DNA of 64,000 nt from Pseudomonadota bacterium (GTDB lineage: Bacteria > Pseudomonadota > Gammaproteobacteria > Burkholderiales > Burkholderiaceae_C), in the NCBI GenBank assembly GCA_030535425.1, contig JAUNHQ010000006.1, forward strand, positions 4,824-68,823, read 5' to 3'. The notes under the pieces were generated by a model. The model did not search any database. It saw nothing but the letters and a program-made list of their open reading frames with translations, and had not been told where the DNA came from. A program made the position numbers and the translations under genes. Positions 7,553 to 17,315 of the stretch are shown in pieces. How positions within the stretch are numbered: the first letter of the stretch is position 1; the number at the start of each line of letters is the position of its first letter.

Positions 7553-8203
7553 CTATGGACAATGTAGCTGGTTGCCGTTGATGGCGGTGCATGTGCCGCC
7601 CTTTGAGCTGAAGAAGGTGTTGCCCGCTCCACGGTTGTAGCGTGTGCCGTCTGTTCCCCAGCAGCCGCCTTGGTCGCAGTTGGTGAGTGTGGGGTTGCGT
7701 CGCCGGGCTTCTTCGCTTGCCGCCATTGCCTGTTGTCGGCGGGCGTGTTCTTCGATGGCGCGTGCCTGCTGGTTTTGCGCGTCAATTTCTGCCATGCTGG
7801 GGCCGGGCCAGGGGTTGAATCCGCATGCCTGGATGGCGGCGGCGCGGTCGTTGTCTATTTTCTCGGGGCGCGCGCTTCCGGATTGGATGTTGGCGTTGCG
7901 GATGGCAAGGTTGCATTCGGCCGATGCGTTGTGCCGGTTGGGGGCGTGGTGGGCAATCGGGGGTTGCCATTGGCGTTGCTGCATTTGCTGTTGCATCTGG
8001 CGCTGCTGGATGTAGCGCTGGTTGCGCTGCCAGTCCATGCTGGTGTCGATGGTGTTGGGGCGGGTGTTGACGATTTTGGATGTGCCACTGGTGCAGGGGG
8101 TTTGGCTGTAGGTGGTTTTGCCGCCGTGGGTGCAGCGGTATATTTGGGCGTTGGCAGCGGCGCAGGCCAGCAGTCCTGCGATCAAAAGTGCAGTTTTCTT
8201 CAT
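7553..8203 (-). CDS. Exported DUF4124-like, cysteine-rich protein
   Basis: Signal peptide MKKTALLIAGLLACAAANA then QIYRCTHGGKTTYSQTPC. Confidence 0.8.
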   Translation of the reverse strand: MKKTALLIAGLLACAAANAQIYRCTHGGKTTYSQTPCTSGTSKIVNTRPNTIDTSMDWQRNQRYIQQRQMQQQMQQRQWQPPIAHHAPNRHNASAECNLAIRNANIQSGSARPEKIDNDRAAAIQACGFNPWPGPSMAEIDAQNQQARAIEEHARRQQAMAASEEARRRNPTLTNCDQGGCWGTDGTRYNRGAGNTFFSSKGGTCTAINGNQLHCP

Positions 8204-8418
8204 GGTTGTGGCTTTGGTGTGGCTGTAGTGGGCCAGTTTGCCACAATGTAACGCTATGTGTCTAAGGGTTTGCCAGCATGCGCGCGGAACTTTTGCACGC
8301 TGCGGCGGCATTCTCTGGATGCTCTGCTGTATTTATTACCTTGCGATGACTGCATAAAGTAAAAAAACAAAAGCGCTGGCACAAGGGAATAAGCAAAAAT
8401 CAGGTCAAACAGTGGATT

Positions 8419-8715
8419 TTATGGGAAGTAGTGCTTAACTAATCCACCGATAACCGGGAGCAGTTGCGCCAGAAAAATGGACGCAACAACCCAAACGATG
8501 ATTTTGTTTTTTGCTTCCGTGAGGTCGGATTTCGTGGCGTAGTGCTTGATGAATTCATCTTGCTTGGCCTCGATGCGGATCAGCCGCTCTCGCGTGTCCT
8601 GCGAAAACTGTTCCAGTTTTTGAACGCGTGCTTCCATGTCGCCATTATCGGGCGGTTCGCTGCCGCTGTGCAAGTCGAGTGCAGAGCCGTCAATTTTTAC
8701 GATCTTCGCCACCAT
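8419..8715 (-). CDS. Coiled-coil protein with C-terminal TM helix
   Basis: MEARVQKLE...ATKSDL...IIVWVVASIFLAQLL; start may be 8637. Confidence 0.7.
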   Translation of the reverse strand: MVAKIVKIDGSALDLHSGSEPPDNGDMEARVQKLEQFSQDTRERLIRIEAKQDEFIKHYATKSDLTEAKNKIIVWVVASIFLAQLLPVIGGLVKHYFP

Positions 8716-8938
8716 CCCACTCCGTCAGTTCTGTATATCCGCAAACTGGACACTCCCATACCGATAGCAATAGCGCGCCGCCGCCTTGGTATACGCGCCA
8801 GTTGAGTTCATCCATTCGGTCTACAGGCGTGAGGGTGAATGCGTGCTGCGATGGGTTGCCGGGACGCTCTATTCGCGCCAATGGGCCATGTCCGTAGCGG
8901 CAGGTGCGCCGCGTGGTCAGAAGTCGTGGGGTTGTCAT
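8690..8938 (-). CDS. Small zinc-ribbon protein
   Basis: CRYGH...CPVCGYTEL; immediately downstream of cI. Confidence 0.6.
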   Translation of the reverse strand: MTTPRLLTTRRTCRYGHGPLARIERPGNPSQHAFTLTPVDRMDELNWRVYQGGGALLLSVWECPVCGYTELTEWDGGEDRKN

Positions 8939-8952
8939 GGTGTTTTGCCTGG

Positions 8953-9639
8953 CTAAATGCGTTCGCTTTGCCGATGTGCCACGCGGCCGACGACGATGCA
9001 GTCTTCGTTGCACTGCACGCGCGGGTAGCGCTGCTGGTTGGGGTTGTCTGAGTGCATCCACCAGTCAGGCCCGAGCCGCATCAGGCGCTTGACCACAGGC
9101 TCGCCCGCGTGGTTGATGGCGTACACCTGGCCGTCCTTGGGCTGGGTGTCGGCGGTGTTGATGACCACCATGTCGCCGTCATAGAGCGTTGGCTCCATGC
9201 TGGCGTCCTTGACCTTGATGGCGATGAGCCTGGCCGGGTTGTAGCCGCGTTCGGCAAACCATTCGCGGCGGAAGAAGATGGGGATGCCGTCCGATGAGTC
9301 TGGCTCCACCGCGAAGCCCTGCACGCCGCAGCGCAGCCGCAGCTTGACGCTGCGCACGGGCACCAGATCAGGGTGTTCATCCAGGTCAACCAGCGGCGGC
9401 CAGGCGCTGCTGGCCACGGATGGGGATATGGAGCTCAACCCCCAATGCTCTGGGCCAACCACGTCCGAAAAGTAGGCCCACAACTCCGGCAGCTTGTCTT
9501 TGGCAATGACGCCGCGCTTGAGCCAGTCTTGCACAGATGGTGGCTTGACGCCGAAGTGGTTTGCCACATCCACTTTTTTGACGCCTTTGAGTTCAATGGC
9601 TTTCCGCAGGGCTTCGCCTAGTTCCGTTCCTGTAAGCAT
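8953..9639 (-). CDS. cI: CI-like repressor (HTH + S24 peptidase)
   Basis: N-terminal HTH; CG cleavage-site candidate; SMEPTLYDGD and VVKRL catalytic motifs; divergent from cro. Confidence 0.93.
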   Translation of the reverse strand: MLTGTELGEALRKAIELKGVKKVDVANHFGVKPPSVQDWLKRGVIAKDKLPELWAYFSDVVGPEHWGLSSISPSVASSAWPPLVDLDEHPDLVPVRSVKLRLRCGVQGFAVEPDSSDGIPIFFRREWFAERGYNPARLIAIKVKDASMEPTLYDGDMVVINTADTQPKDGQVYAINHAGEPVVKRLMRLGPDWWMHSDNPNQQRYPRVQCNEDCIVVGRVAHRQSERI

Positions 9640-9716
9640 TGCCTAATCTTTCAGTAGATGACGCCGAATAGGCAATTCCTACCTTTCTTGCAAAAAAGTA
9701 GGCCGAGCCTTATGAT
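9633..9716 (+). promoter_or_regulatory. OR operators and PR promoter
   Basis: TA(G/A)G-N5-CCT(A/T) at 9633-9645, 9669-9681 and 9699-9711; TTGCAA(9688)-17-TATGAT(9711). Confidence 0.8.
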
Positions 9717-9722
9717 TGGCGC

Positions 9723-9953
9723 ATGAGTGCAATTTCAATGGCTACGGCAGCCATCGGCGGCCAAAAAAAGCTGGCGGACTTTCTTGGCGTGAAGCCCCCC
9801 ACCGTGAATCAATGGGTGAATGGCGTTCGCAGGGTTCCCGCCGAGCGCTGCCCCGACATTGAGGCGGCAACCGGCGTTCGCTGCGAGGAGCTGCGCCCTG
9901 ATGTGAACTGGGCGGTGCTGCGCGGCACAGCGCCCGCCAAGGAGCGGGAATGA
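9723..9953 (+). CDS. cro: Cro/YdaS-like regulator
   Basis: GGQKKLADFLGVKPPTVNQWVNG...IEAATGVRCEELRPDV. Confidence 0.9.
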   Translation: MSAISMATAAIGGQKKLADFLGVKPPTVNQWVNGVRRVPAERCPDIEAATGVRCEELRPDVNWAVLRGTAPAKERE

Positions 9954-10181
9954 ACAGGCGCGTGTTTGAGGGTTTGCGCTGCGACATAGAGGCGGCGTTG
10001 CGACGGGCTGAGGCTGCTGTCGCCAAACGCAAGCCGCCGCCAGAAGCGAGCTGCGGCGCTGAGATTGATCCGCCTCCAAAGTGTCCTTTGTCGCCAGCCG
10101 ATGCGCTTGCCGCTACGGAGCAAGCTGCCAAGCGTATACGGGCGATGTATGCGGCGATAGAGCCGTTGAAGCATGCGTCCT

Positions 10182-10487
10182 TCAAACCGGCTGACTTGGG
10201 CTGGTCATCCAGTCCAGATGCGCCTTCATGCGATGGAAGTTGTCCATGTTGCCCAGCACGTAGCCCGGCTGGGCCTGCACAAACGCGGTCAAACGTTCCA
10301 GGTACTGGGCCGTCTGGGGCTGGTTCTGACAGCTTTGATACAGGGCGCGCAGCATGAGCATGCAGGCAATTTGGCGCGCGGCGTTTTCTTCTGTCAGTTG
10401 CGTTATCAGCTCGTCGCGCTGGTTCAACAGCTTGACCAGCTCCCGATTGGCTTCTAGCGCTTTGCGCAGCTGCTCTATTTCGTTCAT
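10182..10487 (-). CDS. Hypothetical protein antisense to early-right operon
   Basis: 101-aa ORF with coiled-coil-like N-terminus. Confidence 0.5.
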   Translation of the reverse strand: MNEIEQLRKALEANRELVKLLNQRDELITQLTEENAARQIACMLMLRALYQSCQNQPQTAQYLERLTAFVQAQPGYVLGNMDNFHRMKAHLDWMTSPSQPV

Positions 10488-10573
10488 GGAAGGCCCTTGC
10501 GGGTTTTGGTTGGGGAACCTGCATTGTCTGCGCCCGTCTGGGCCTTCCGCCCTTTTGCAAGGGGGCCGATGAG

Positions 10574-10810
10574 ATGGGGCGCAACACCGAAAAAGTGGAG
10601 CTGCGCGGGCAGATCGACAAAGCCGTTATCGACGTGCTGGATGCGTGTTCGATGGCGCGTGGCATGGATCGGATTTCCCTGGTTGAAAAGGTGCTGGCCG
10701 ATTGGGCGGCGCGAAAAGTCAATGAGTCCACTTTGCTGCACCGAGTGGCGCGGGGCAATCCTGCCGTGGCGGAGCTTGGCGGAGTGCGGCTGGATGCCGA
10801 TGGAGGCTGA
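10574..10810 (+). CDS. Small putative DNA-binding protein at the CII-like position
   Basis: VELRGQIDKAVIDVLDA...DRISLVEKVL ribbon-helix-helix-like pattern. Confidence 0.6.
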   Translation: MGRNTEKVELRGQIDKAVIDVLDACSMARGMDRISLVEKVLADWAARKVNESTLLHRVARGNPAVAELGGVRLDADGG

Positions 10811-10814
10811 CGCG

Positions 10815-11090
10815 ATGGTGAGATTGACCAACACATGGCCCGATGGCACGCCGCGCAGCCAGGGCAACGCTTTTGACCTGGGCGCGCGTGCGGCCGCTGG
10901 CGGCCTGGCCAGCCACTTTGCCAAAGGCGCCGCGGCTGCGCGCCAGCGGATCAAGGCGGCCAAGGAGATGGTGGCCGGGCAGGCGCATGAGGTGGTGAAT
11001 CTGCCGGTGAAGGGCGCGCTGCGCGAGAAGGGGTTTGCGATTACCCGCCGCGGCGAGGCTGGCCGAAAGAAGTTGAGGGCCAAGACGTGA
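10815..11090 (+). CDS. Hypothetical phage protein
   Basis: GGAGG RBS before ATG 10815; coupled to next ORF. Confidence 0.55.
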   Translation: MVRLTNTWPDGTPRSQGNAFDLGARAAAGGLASHFAKGAAAARQRIKAAKEMVAGQAHEVVNLPVKGALREKGFAITRRGEAGRKKLRAKT

Positions 11091-11296
11091 CGCCGGATTT
11101 TCTGGAACAACTGATTGCCGGGCGCAGCGCTGATGTGCTGCGCTTGCAAGAGCGTGCCGATGAGAGCAGGTGCATGAGCCAGCGCATGGCCTGGCGCGAT
11201 GAGGCGCGCCGTGCTGCGGCTGATGTGGCGCGGATGGTTGCGATGCGCGAGCCGGACGCGGTGCGGCAAATGGAGCAAGCCAGGGGGCTTGCGTGA
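11087..11296 (+). CDS. Hypothetical phage protein
   Basis: GTGA overlap with upstream ORF. Confidence 0.55.
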   Translation: MTPDFLEQLIAGRSADVLRLQERADESRCMSQRMAWRDEARRAAADVARMVAMREPDAVRQMEQARGLA

Positions 11297-11422
11297 GGCG
11301 CGCAATCAAACGGGTTTTGGTGGCTGGTTATTGCTGGCGGCTTTGCCCTGCTTGGCTTGTGGTGCTGGCTTTCCGTGCCTTGAGTCTCAGGCATGAGTGA
11401 TTTGTGACTGGAGTGGTTTGAC

Positions 11423-11734
11423 ATGAGAAATCGTGAGATCGAGAAAGATGATCTTGTCATGTGGGCACAAGAGCGCCCCAAAAGGCCGCTGTTGCTGGAC
11501 ACCTCGCAGACGAAGGTGGGCAAACCATTCCCAGCGCCTGGGCGGGTTGTGATGTCGCTGAATGTCGGTGGACAGCAGGGTTATCTGGTGCTGGACGAGG
11601 AACAAACGAGGCAATTGGCGCTTGATTTGGTTGAGATGTCTCTGGCTGCGCGGTTTTTGCGTCACGCCGAGACCGCCCATGAGGTGAGCAAGAGCGCGAT
11701 TGATTCGGCAAAGAAAGGATCGCGCCATGGCTAA
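11423..11734 (+). CDS. Hypothetical phage protein
   Basis: GGAG RBS; overlaps the replication gene start. Confidence 0.6.
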   Translation: MRNREIEKDDLVMWAQERPKRPLLLDTSQTKVGKPFPAPGRVVMSLNVGGQQGYLVLDEEQTRQLALDLVEMSLAARFLRHAETAHEVSKSAIDSAKKGSRHG

Positions 11735-12695
11735 CGAGTGGCTGAGGCTTTGGCATGACATGCCCAATGACCCCAAGTGGCGCACGATCGCGCGCGTATC
11801 CAAGCAGCCGCTCAGTCTGGTACAGGCGGTGTACATCCACTTGATGGTGGATGCGTCACGCAATGTCACGCGCGGTGTGACAACTGTCACCGCAGAGGAT
11901 TTGGCCAGCGCGCTTGATTGTGACGATGAAGCGATTGAGGCCATTCTCGAAGCGATGCAGGGGCGTGTTCTGGATGGAACTGCGTTGTCTGGTTGGGAGA
12001 GGCGACAGCCCAAGCGGGAAGACCTGGGCAACCCAGAAACGGGCGCCATGTCTGCGGCAGAAAGAAAGCGCGCACAGCGGGAACGCGAGAAAAAGCGCCA
12101 GCAAGAGCTACAAGAACAGGAGCAAGATCGGCATCAAGAAAAACAACCAGAGCGCTTGCTTGAGGCTCCCCAAGAGGGGCTTTTCCAGGGTGAAAAATAT
12201 CTGTGTCACGCGAGGTCACGCGATGTCACGACAGATAAAGATAAAGATAAAGATAAAGAAGATATACCCCCCTTAATCCCCCCTGCCGGGGGGCAGGCCA
12301 AGCGCAAAACGGTGCGAATGCGATGCAGGCTGCCGGAGGATTTCAGCCCGAATGAGTGCGGGCAAGAGATGGCGCGTCAGGCAAGGATCGATGTGTCGGC
12401 GGAGTTGCAGCGTTTTTGCGACTACCACACCGCCAAGGGTTCGCTGATGGCCGATTGGCAGGCGGCGTGGCGAACGTGGGTTGGCAACGCGCAGCGCTTC
12501 GGCGCTGCCGGCAAACCTGCCGGGCGGTCTGCTGGCCCTGCGGTTGGCTCGGACGAGTACTTCGAGTTGCATCGCAATGCCGCATGGTGGCGCGATGCGG
12601 GGTTTGACTCGGTGTGGGAGGCGTCAAACGTGCAGTGCTACCACCACAACGCGCACGAATTCCGCGATGGCAAGCGTGTTGCGAGGGCCGCATGA
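11727..12695 (+). CDS. Phage replication initiator (O-like)
   Basis: MANEWLRLWHDMPNDPKWRTIAR; central DKDKDK low-complexity tract; C-term F.DY...DWQAAWRTW. Confidence 0.85.
   Translation: MANEWLRLWHDMPNDPKWRTIARVSKQPLSLVQAVYIHLMVDASRNVTRGVTTVTAEDLASALDCDDEAIEAILEAMQGRVLDGTALSGWERRQPKREDLGNPETGAMSAAERKRAQREREKKRQQELQEQEQDRHQEKQPERLLEAPQEGLFQGEKYLCHARSRDVTTDKDKDKDKEDIPPLIPPAGGQAKRKTVRMRCRLPEDFSPNECGQEMARQARIDVSAELQRFCDYHTAKGSLMADWQAAWRTWVGNAQRFGAAGKPAGRSAGPAVGSDEYFELHRNAAWWRDAGFDSVWEASNVQCYHHNAHEFRDGKRVARAA
12205..12265. repeat. Putative replication origin repeats
   Basis: GTCACG x3 at 10-bp spacing followed by (GATAAA)x4; further GTCACG copies at 11855-11881. Confidence 0.6.
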
Positions 12696-14479
12696 ACGCC
12701 GCCGAGTTGTCCCAGCGCATGGCTGGCGATGCCGCCGCCATTGCGCAGTACCTGCTGCCAAGCGGCAAGCGCCAGTCTGGCGAGTGGGTGTGCGGCAGCC
12801 TATCCGGCGAGGAAGGCAAGTCGCTGAAGGTGCGTCTGTCGGGTGCGAAGGCTGGCGTGTGGAGCGATTTCGCCACGGGCGAGGCGGGCGATTTGATCGA
12901 TCTGTGGATGGCTGTGCGCAGCCTGTCCGCAGCCGAGGCGATGGCTGAGGCCAAGCAGTACCTGGGTGTGGTGGATGCCATGCCGCGCCGCGAGCCAAAA
13001 AGCTTCAAGCGCCCGGAAAAGCCGCGCTGCCAAGCGCCCAAGGCGGGCGCGCGGCAGTGGCTGATGGGGCGTGGGCTGGCGGAGGAAACGCTGGCGGCGT
13101 TCAAGATCGCCGAGCAGGTTCAGGGGGGCAAAACCTATGCGCTGTTCCCCTACCTGCGCGATGGCGAGCTGGTGAACGTGAAGTACCGCAACGTGGCCGA
13201 AAAGCGCGATATGCGGCAGGAAGGTGGCGCAGAGCCTTGCCTGTTTGGGTGGCACCTGATCGATCCGAAGGCGCGCCAGGTTGCCATTTGCGAGGGCGAG
13301 ATTGACGCCATGACGCTGCATCAGGTGGGCATACCTGCGCTATCGGTGAATGCTGGCGCGGGCAATCACCAGTGGATCGAAAACGACTGGGAGCGCCTTG
13401 AGCGGTTCAGCGACATTTTGCTGTTTTTCGATGCCGATGAGGCGGGCAAGAAGGGCGCGACTGAGGTGGCGCACCGGCTTGGCAATGAGCGCTGCCGCAT
13501 GGTGACGCTGCCTGCCAAGGACGCGAACGACTACCTGCAACAAGGTGCGGATGGCTCCGATTTTTGGGAGGCTGTGCGCAGCGCTCGCCCGCAAGATCCA
13601 GAGGAGTTGCGCCAGGCCAGCGATTTCATGAACCGCGTGAAGTCGATGTTCTACCCGGCGCACGCCGATGAGCGTGACCCTGTGTTGAGGCTGGATCGGG
13701 ATGTGGACTGGTTCGAGTTCCGGCTTGGCGAGCTGACGGTTTGGACGGGCTACAACGGGCATGGCAAGTCGTTAATGCTGTCTCAGGTGCTGCTGGGCTT
13801 GATGCAGCAAAACGAGCGCGTTGTCGTGTTCAGCGGCGAGATGACGCCAGAGCGCCAGCTCAAGCGCATGGCCAAGCAGTGCGCGGGACTTGATCGCCCG
13901 ACGCTTGCCTACCTGGACGCCATCGGGGCGTGGCTGCATGACAAGCTGTGGTTGTTCAACGTGGTGGGCAGCGCCGGTCTGGATCGGCTGCTGACGGTTT
14001 TCCTGTACGCCAACAAGCGCTATGGCGTTCGCCACTTCGTGATTGACAGCCTGATGATGACCGACGTGCCAGAAGATGGCGCAGGTTCCATGACGGCGCA
14101 GAAAGAGGCGGTGCGCAAGATGTGCGACTTTGCCAAGCGCAATAACTGCCACGTTCACCTGGTGGCGCACCCGAGAAAAGGCGCTGATGAAAGCAAGGGG
14201 CCGGGCAAGCTGGATGTGGCTGGAAGCTCCAAGATCACCGATGGCGCAGACAACGTGTTCACGGTGTGGAGCGCACGCAAGGATGAAGCCAGGGCAGACG
14301 AAGACCCGGACAAGGCCGATGCCAAGCTGGAGCTGCAAAAGCAGCGCAACGGTGATGTGCAGCACTACAGCCTGCAATTGTGGTTTCACAAGGACGCGCA
14401 GCAGTTCTGCACCAGCAGCCGCAGAAAGCCGGTGTGCTACGTGCCGTTCAGCGCGCAGGAAACGGAGGTTGCGACATGA
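12692..14479 (+). CDS. Toprim primase-SF4 helicase (T7 gp4/Twinkle-like)
   Basis: ICEGEIDAM, FFDADEAG, KDAND; Walker A GYNGHGKS; VIDSL; HLVAHPRK. Confidence 0.92.
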   Translation: MNAAELSQRMAGDAAAIAQYLLPSGKRQSGEWVCGSLSGEEGKSLKVRLSGAKAGVWSDFATGEAGDLIDLWMAVRSLSAAEAMAEAKQYLGVVDAMPRREPKSFKRPEKPRCQAPKAGARQWLMGRGLAEETLAAFKIAEQVQGGKTYALFPYLRDGELVNVKYRNVAEKRDMRQEGGAEPCLFGWHLIDPKARQVAICEGEIDAMTLHQVGIPALSVNAGAGNHQWIENDWERLERFSDILLFFDADEAGKKGATEVAHRLGNERCRMVTLPAKDANDYLQQGADGSDFWEAVRSARPQDPEELRQASDFMNRVKSMFYPAHADERDPVLRLDRDVDWFEFRLGELTVWTGYNGHGKSLMLSQVLLGLMQQNERVVVFSGEMTPERQLKRMAKQCAGLDRPTLAYLDAIGAWLHDKLWLFNVVGSAGLDRLLTVFLYANKRYGVRHFVIDSLMMTDVPEDGAGSMTAQKEAVRKMCDFAKRNNCHVHLVAHPRKGADESKGPGKLDVAGSSKITDGADNVFTVWSARKDEARADEDPDKADAKLELQKQRNGDVQHYSLQLWFHKDAQQFCTSSRRKPVCYVPFSAQETEVAT

Positions 14480-15126
14480 CCGCCCCCCGCCGCCTGTGGA
14501 CAACGCGCGAGATGGCGTATCTGCGCGAGCACTACCCCACAAAACCCGTGGCCGAGATCGCCCAGGCGCTGGGCCGTCCGGTGCATTCGATCTATCAGCA
14601 AGCCCGCATCCACGGCATCAAGCGGGCCAATCAGGTGGGCGTGTACACGCTGGATTTGGTCAAGAGCCGCTGCCAGGTGGATGCCAACGACGGCGATGAC
14701 GCTTGCTGGTTGTGGCAGGGGTGCCTCAATGGTGGCATCCCCTATGGCTGGCACGAGGGGCGCTTGCGGTCGATGCGGCAGGTTGTCCTTGAGTTGCATC
14801 GCGGCAAGAAGATGCGCAGCGAGTTTGTGGTGCAGCCGTCTTGCGGCGAGCCGGGTTGCCTGAACCCACGGCATCTGAAGGAGGTGCATCGCCGGGTGTT
14901 GGCGCGTGACAACCGTGGTTTGGAGCCTGCCCCGGTGCGCACGGCCCGTTTGCGCAGGCAGGCGCTGATCAATGGCCGGGCCAAGCTGGACATGGTTAAG
15001 GCGCGGGAAATACGGCTGTCGGATGAGGGCAGCGCTGTGCTGGCCGAGCGTTATGGGGTGACGCGCAAAACGATCAATTGCGTGCGCCGGGGCGAGCACT
15101 GGGCAGGCGCGACGGTGCTGGGATGA
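14476..15126 (+). CDS. HTH/HNH-like phage protein
   Basis: CWLWQG...CGEPGCLNPRHL motif; HTH-like termini. Confidence 0.65.
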   Translation: MTAPRRLWTTREMAYLREHYPTKPVAEIAQALGRPVHSIYQQARIHGIKRANQVGVYTLDLVKSRCQVDANDGDDACWLWQGCLNGGIPYGWHEGRLRSMRQVVLELHRGKKMRSEFVVQPSCGEPGCLNPRHLKEVHRRVLARDNRGLEPAPVRTARLRRQALINGRAKLDMVKAREIRLSDEGSAVLAERYGVTRKTINCVRRGEHWAGATVLG

Positions 15127-15320
15127 CGCAGCAGGCAAAGGAGCTTGAGCACATGCGCCGCTGCCTGATCCGCCAGCTGCTGCGCTGGCGGCATGAGCGC
15201 GGGGTGCAGTGGCTGCGGGGCTATGTGGATGGCTGGGGGCGCTGGGATGCGCTCAAAGGTGACTTTGCAGACCAGTGGCGCAAGGGCAACCGGGGTGAAA
15301 CGGATGACTGGAGAGAGTGA
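15123..15320 (+). CDS. Hypothetical phage protein
   Basis: ATGA coupling; QWRKGNRG motif. Confidence 0.65.
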   Translation: MTQQAKELEHMRRCLIRQLLRWRHERGVQWLRGYVDGWGRWDALKGDFADQWRKGNRGETDDWRE

Positions 15321-15402
15321 AGAGAGCGGAAATGAATGCTGAGGCTGTCGTGAAACGCGACACCCTTACGGAAGACGGAAAAGAGAGTGAAAGGAATTGA
15401 AC

Positions 15403-16152
15403 ATGAAACAGCAATTGATCTTGGCAGACATGCGCATCCGTCAGGATGCACAAGGGCGCTATAGCCTAAACGACTTGCACCGAGCAAGCGGTGGTCAAGC
15501 GAAGCACGAGCCTAATCAGTTCACCCGGCTTGACCAGACGCAGGCGCTAATCGCGGAAATCAAATCCGCAGATTCGCGGAATTGCATTGAAACCCGCAGA
15601 GGCAACAACGGCGGCACCTACGCCTGCAAGGAGCTTGTCTACGCCTACGCCATGTGGATCAGCCCGGCTTTTCACCTGAAGGTGATTCGCGCCTATGACG
15701 ACATGGTGTCTGGCAAGCCCGCCAGCGCGCAAGAGGCGATCAAGCAAGCCGCCAGCCTGATGCCCGGCCTGATGCGTGTGGCCCGCTTGATTGGCTGCGA
15801 CAAGAACGCGGCAGCGATCAGCGCCAATCAGGCCGTTGCCAGGCTGACGGGGGTGAATCTGCTGCAAACGCTGGGGCAAACGCACCTGCTGGCCCAGCGG
15901 CAGGATACGCAGTGGTTTACGCCGACGGAGCTGGGCCAGCGGCTGGGTTTGAGCGGGCGGCAGGTGAATTTGCTGCTGGCAGAAGCTGGCTTGCAGTTGC
16001 GCCAGGGCGATCGCTGGCACCCGCTGGCGGCGGCGGATGGTCTGTTCCGTCTGTTCGACACCGGCAAAAGCCAGGGCGGCGGCGCGCCGGTGACGCAGAT
16101 CAAGTGGAGCGATGCCGTGCTGGATCGCATGGCCTGCCAGGAGGCCGCATGA
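15403..16152 (+). CDS. KilA-N domain protein
   Basis: [19 protein letters not shown]...[30 protein letters not shown]. Confidence 0.92.
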   Translation: MKQQLILADMRIRQDAQGRYSLNDLHRASGGQAKHEPNQFTRLDQTQALIAEIKSADSRNCIETRRGNNGGTYACKELVYAYAMWISPAFHLKVIRAYDDMVSGKPASAQEAIKQAASLMPGLMRVARLIGCDKNAAAISANQAVARLTGVNLLQTLGQTHLLAQRQDTQWFTPTELGQRLGLSGRQVNLLLAEAGLQLRQGDRWHPLAAADGLFRLFDTGKSQGGGAPVTQIKWSDAVLDRMACQEAA

Positions 16153-16583
16153 TTTTGGGTATTGACCCCGGAAATAGCACGGGCGTGGCGCAGTTTGAAG
16201 GCGGCCAGTTGGTGCGGCTGGACACCATCCCCCCGGAGCGTATCCCGGCGATGCTGCGCGAGCGCCGCCCCAAGCGGGTGGTGTTTGAAGACAGCCGCCT
16301 GCAAAGCCACACGTGGACGCGCGGGCGCACACTGGCGGCGGCTTGCAAGATGGCACGCAATGTGGGTGAGGTGGATGCCTGGTGCAAGCTGATTGTGGCT
16401 ACGTGCGCTGAGCTGGGCATCGCCGCGCACGGCATCAGCCCGCGCGAGAAGGGGGCAAAGCTGGATGCCAATACCTTCCAGAAGGTGACGGGCTGGGAAA
16501 AGGGTTCGAACGAGCACACGCGGGATGCGGCGCTGGTGGCGTGGCGGTTCCGGCATTTGACCGCTGGGAGCGGCGATGCTTGA
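16149..16583 (+). CDS. RuvC-like Holliday junction resolvase
   Basis: MILGIDPG...VVFED...NEHTRDAA. Confidence 0.75.
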   Translation: MILGIDPGNSTGVAQFEGGQLVRLDTIPPERIPAMLRERRPKRVVFEDSRLQSHTWTRGRTLAAACKMARNVGEVDAWCKLIVATCAELGIAAHGISPREKGAKLDANTFQKVTGWEKGSNEHTRDAALVAWRFRHLTAGSGDA

Positions 16584-17037
16584 GCGCATGACGCTGCGGC
16601 TGTGGAGCGCGCAGCAGGGGTATCAGGCCATTACGCAGGCATGGCACAAGGCCAAGGCGCTGCTCATGGCCGGTCACCGGCTGATTGTGGAGATCAGGCC
16701 GGAGACACGTTCGACGGCGCAGAACGCCAAGCTGCACGCGATGCTGGGTGACATTGCCAAGCAGGTGGAGTGGGCCGGGAAGAAGCGCGACACGAATACA
16801 TGGAAGAGGCTTATGACTGCGGCCTGGCTGCGCGCACGGGGCGAGCAGGTGGAGGTGCTGCCTGCCATTGACGGGCACGGGGTGGACATTGTGTTTGAGC
16901 GCACGTCACGCTTGAGCCGGGCCGAGTGTGGGGAGCTGATGGAGTTCATATCTGCCTGGGGCGCGGAGCACGGGGTGGAGTTTCGTGAGGCGATGGCGTG
17001 GGATGTTGACCCGGAAACCGGGGAGATTCTCGAATGA
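16576..17037 (+). CDS. ninB: NinB recombination protein
   Basis: RSTAQNAKLHAMLGDIAKQVEW...WKRL...TSRL...ELMEFISAWGAEHGV. Confidence 0.9.
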   Translation: MLERMTLRLWSAQQGYQAITQAWHKAKALLMAGHRLIVEIRPETRSTAQNAKLHAMLGDIAKQVEWAGKKRDTNTWKRLMTAAWLRARGEQVEVLPAIDGHGVDIVFERTSRLSRAECGELMEFISAWGAEHGVEFREAMAWDVDPETGEILE

Positions 17038-17315
17038 ACAACCGGCTTACGGATCGCCAGAGGCGGCACCTGGCCCGCGTGAAGGCGCTGCCGTGCAGCG
17101 TGTGCGGCGCGGCAGCGCCAAGTGAGGCGCATCACATCCGGCAAGGATCGCAGTACCTGTGCGTGGCGCTGTGCGCCGATTGCCACCGGGGAAGCTTTTT
17201 GGGGCTTCACGGCCAAAAGCGCGCCTGGGCGGTGCGAAAAATGGATGAGTTGGACGCGCTGGCGGTGACGGTGCGCGGGCTTTTGGGTGAAGACTGTGAA
17301 AAAGGAGTGCGGTAA
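17034..17315 (+). CDS. Ref/DUF968-like HNH zinc-finger nuclease
   Basis: LPCSVC...EAHH...LCADCH. Confidence 0.75.
   Translation: MNNRLTDRQRRHLARVKALPCSVCGAAAPSEAHHIRQGSQYLCVALCADCHRGSFLGLHGQKRAWAVRKMDELDALAVTVRGLLGEDCEKGVR

Noticed and set aside
9950-10357. ORF coupled to cro
   Set aside because: The N-terminus is plausible but the C-terminal half overlaps 10182-10487 on the other strand; cannot decide from sequence alone
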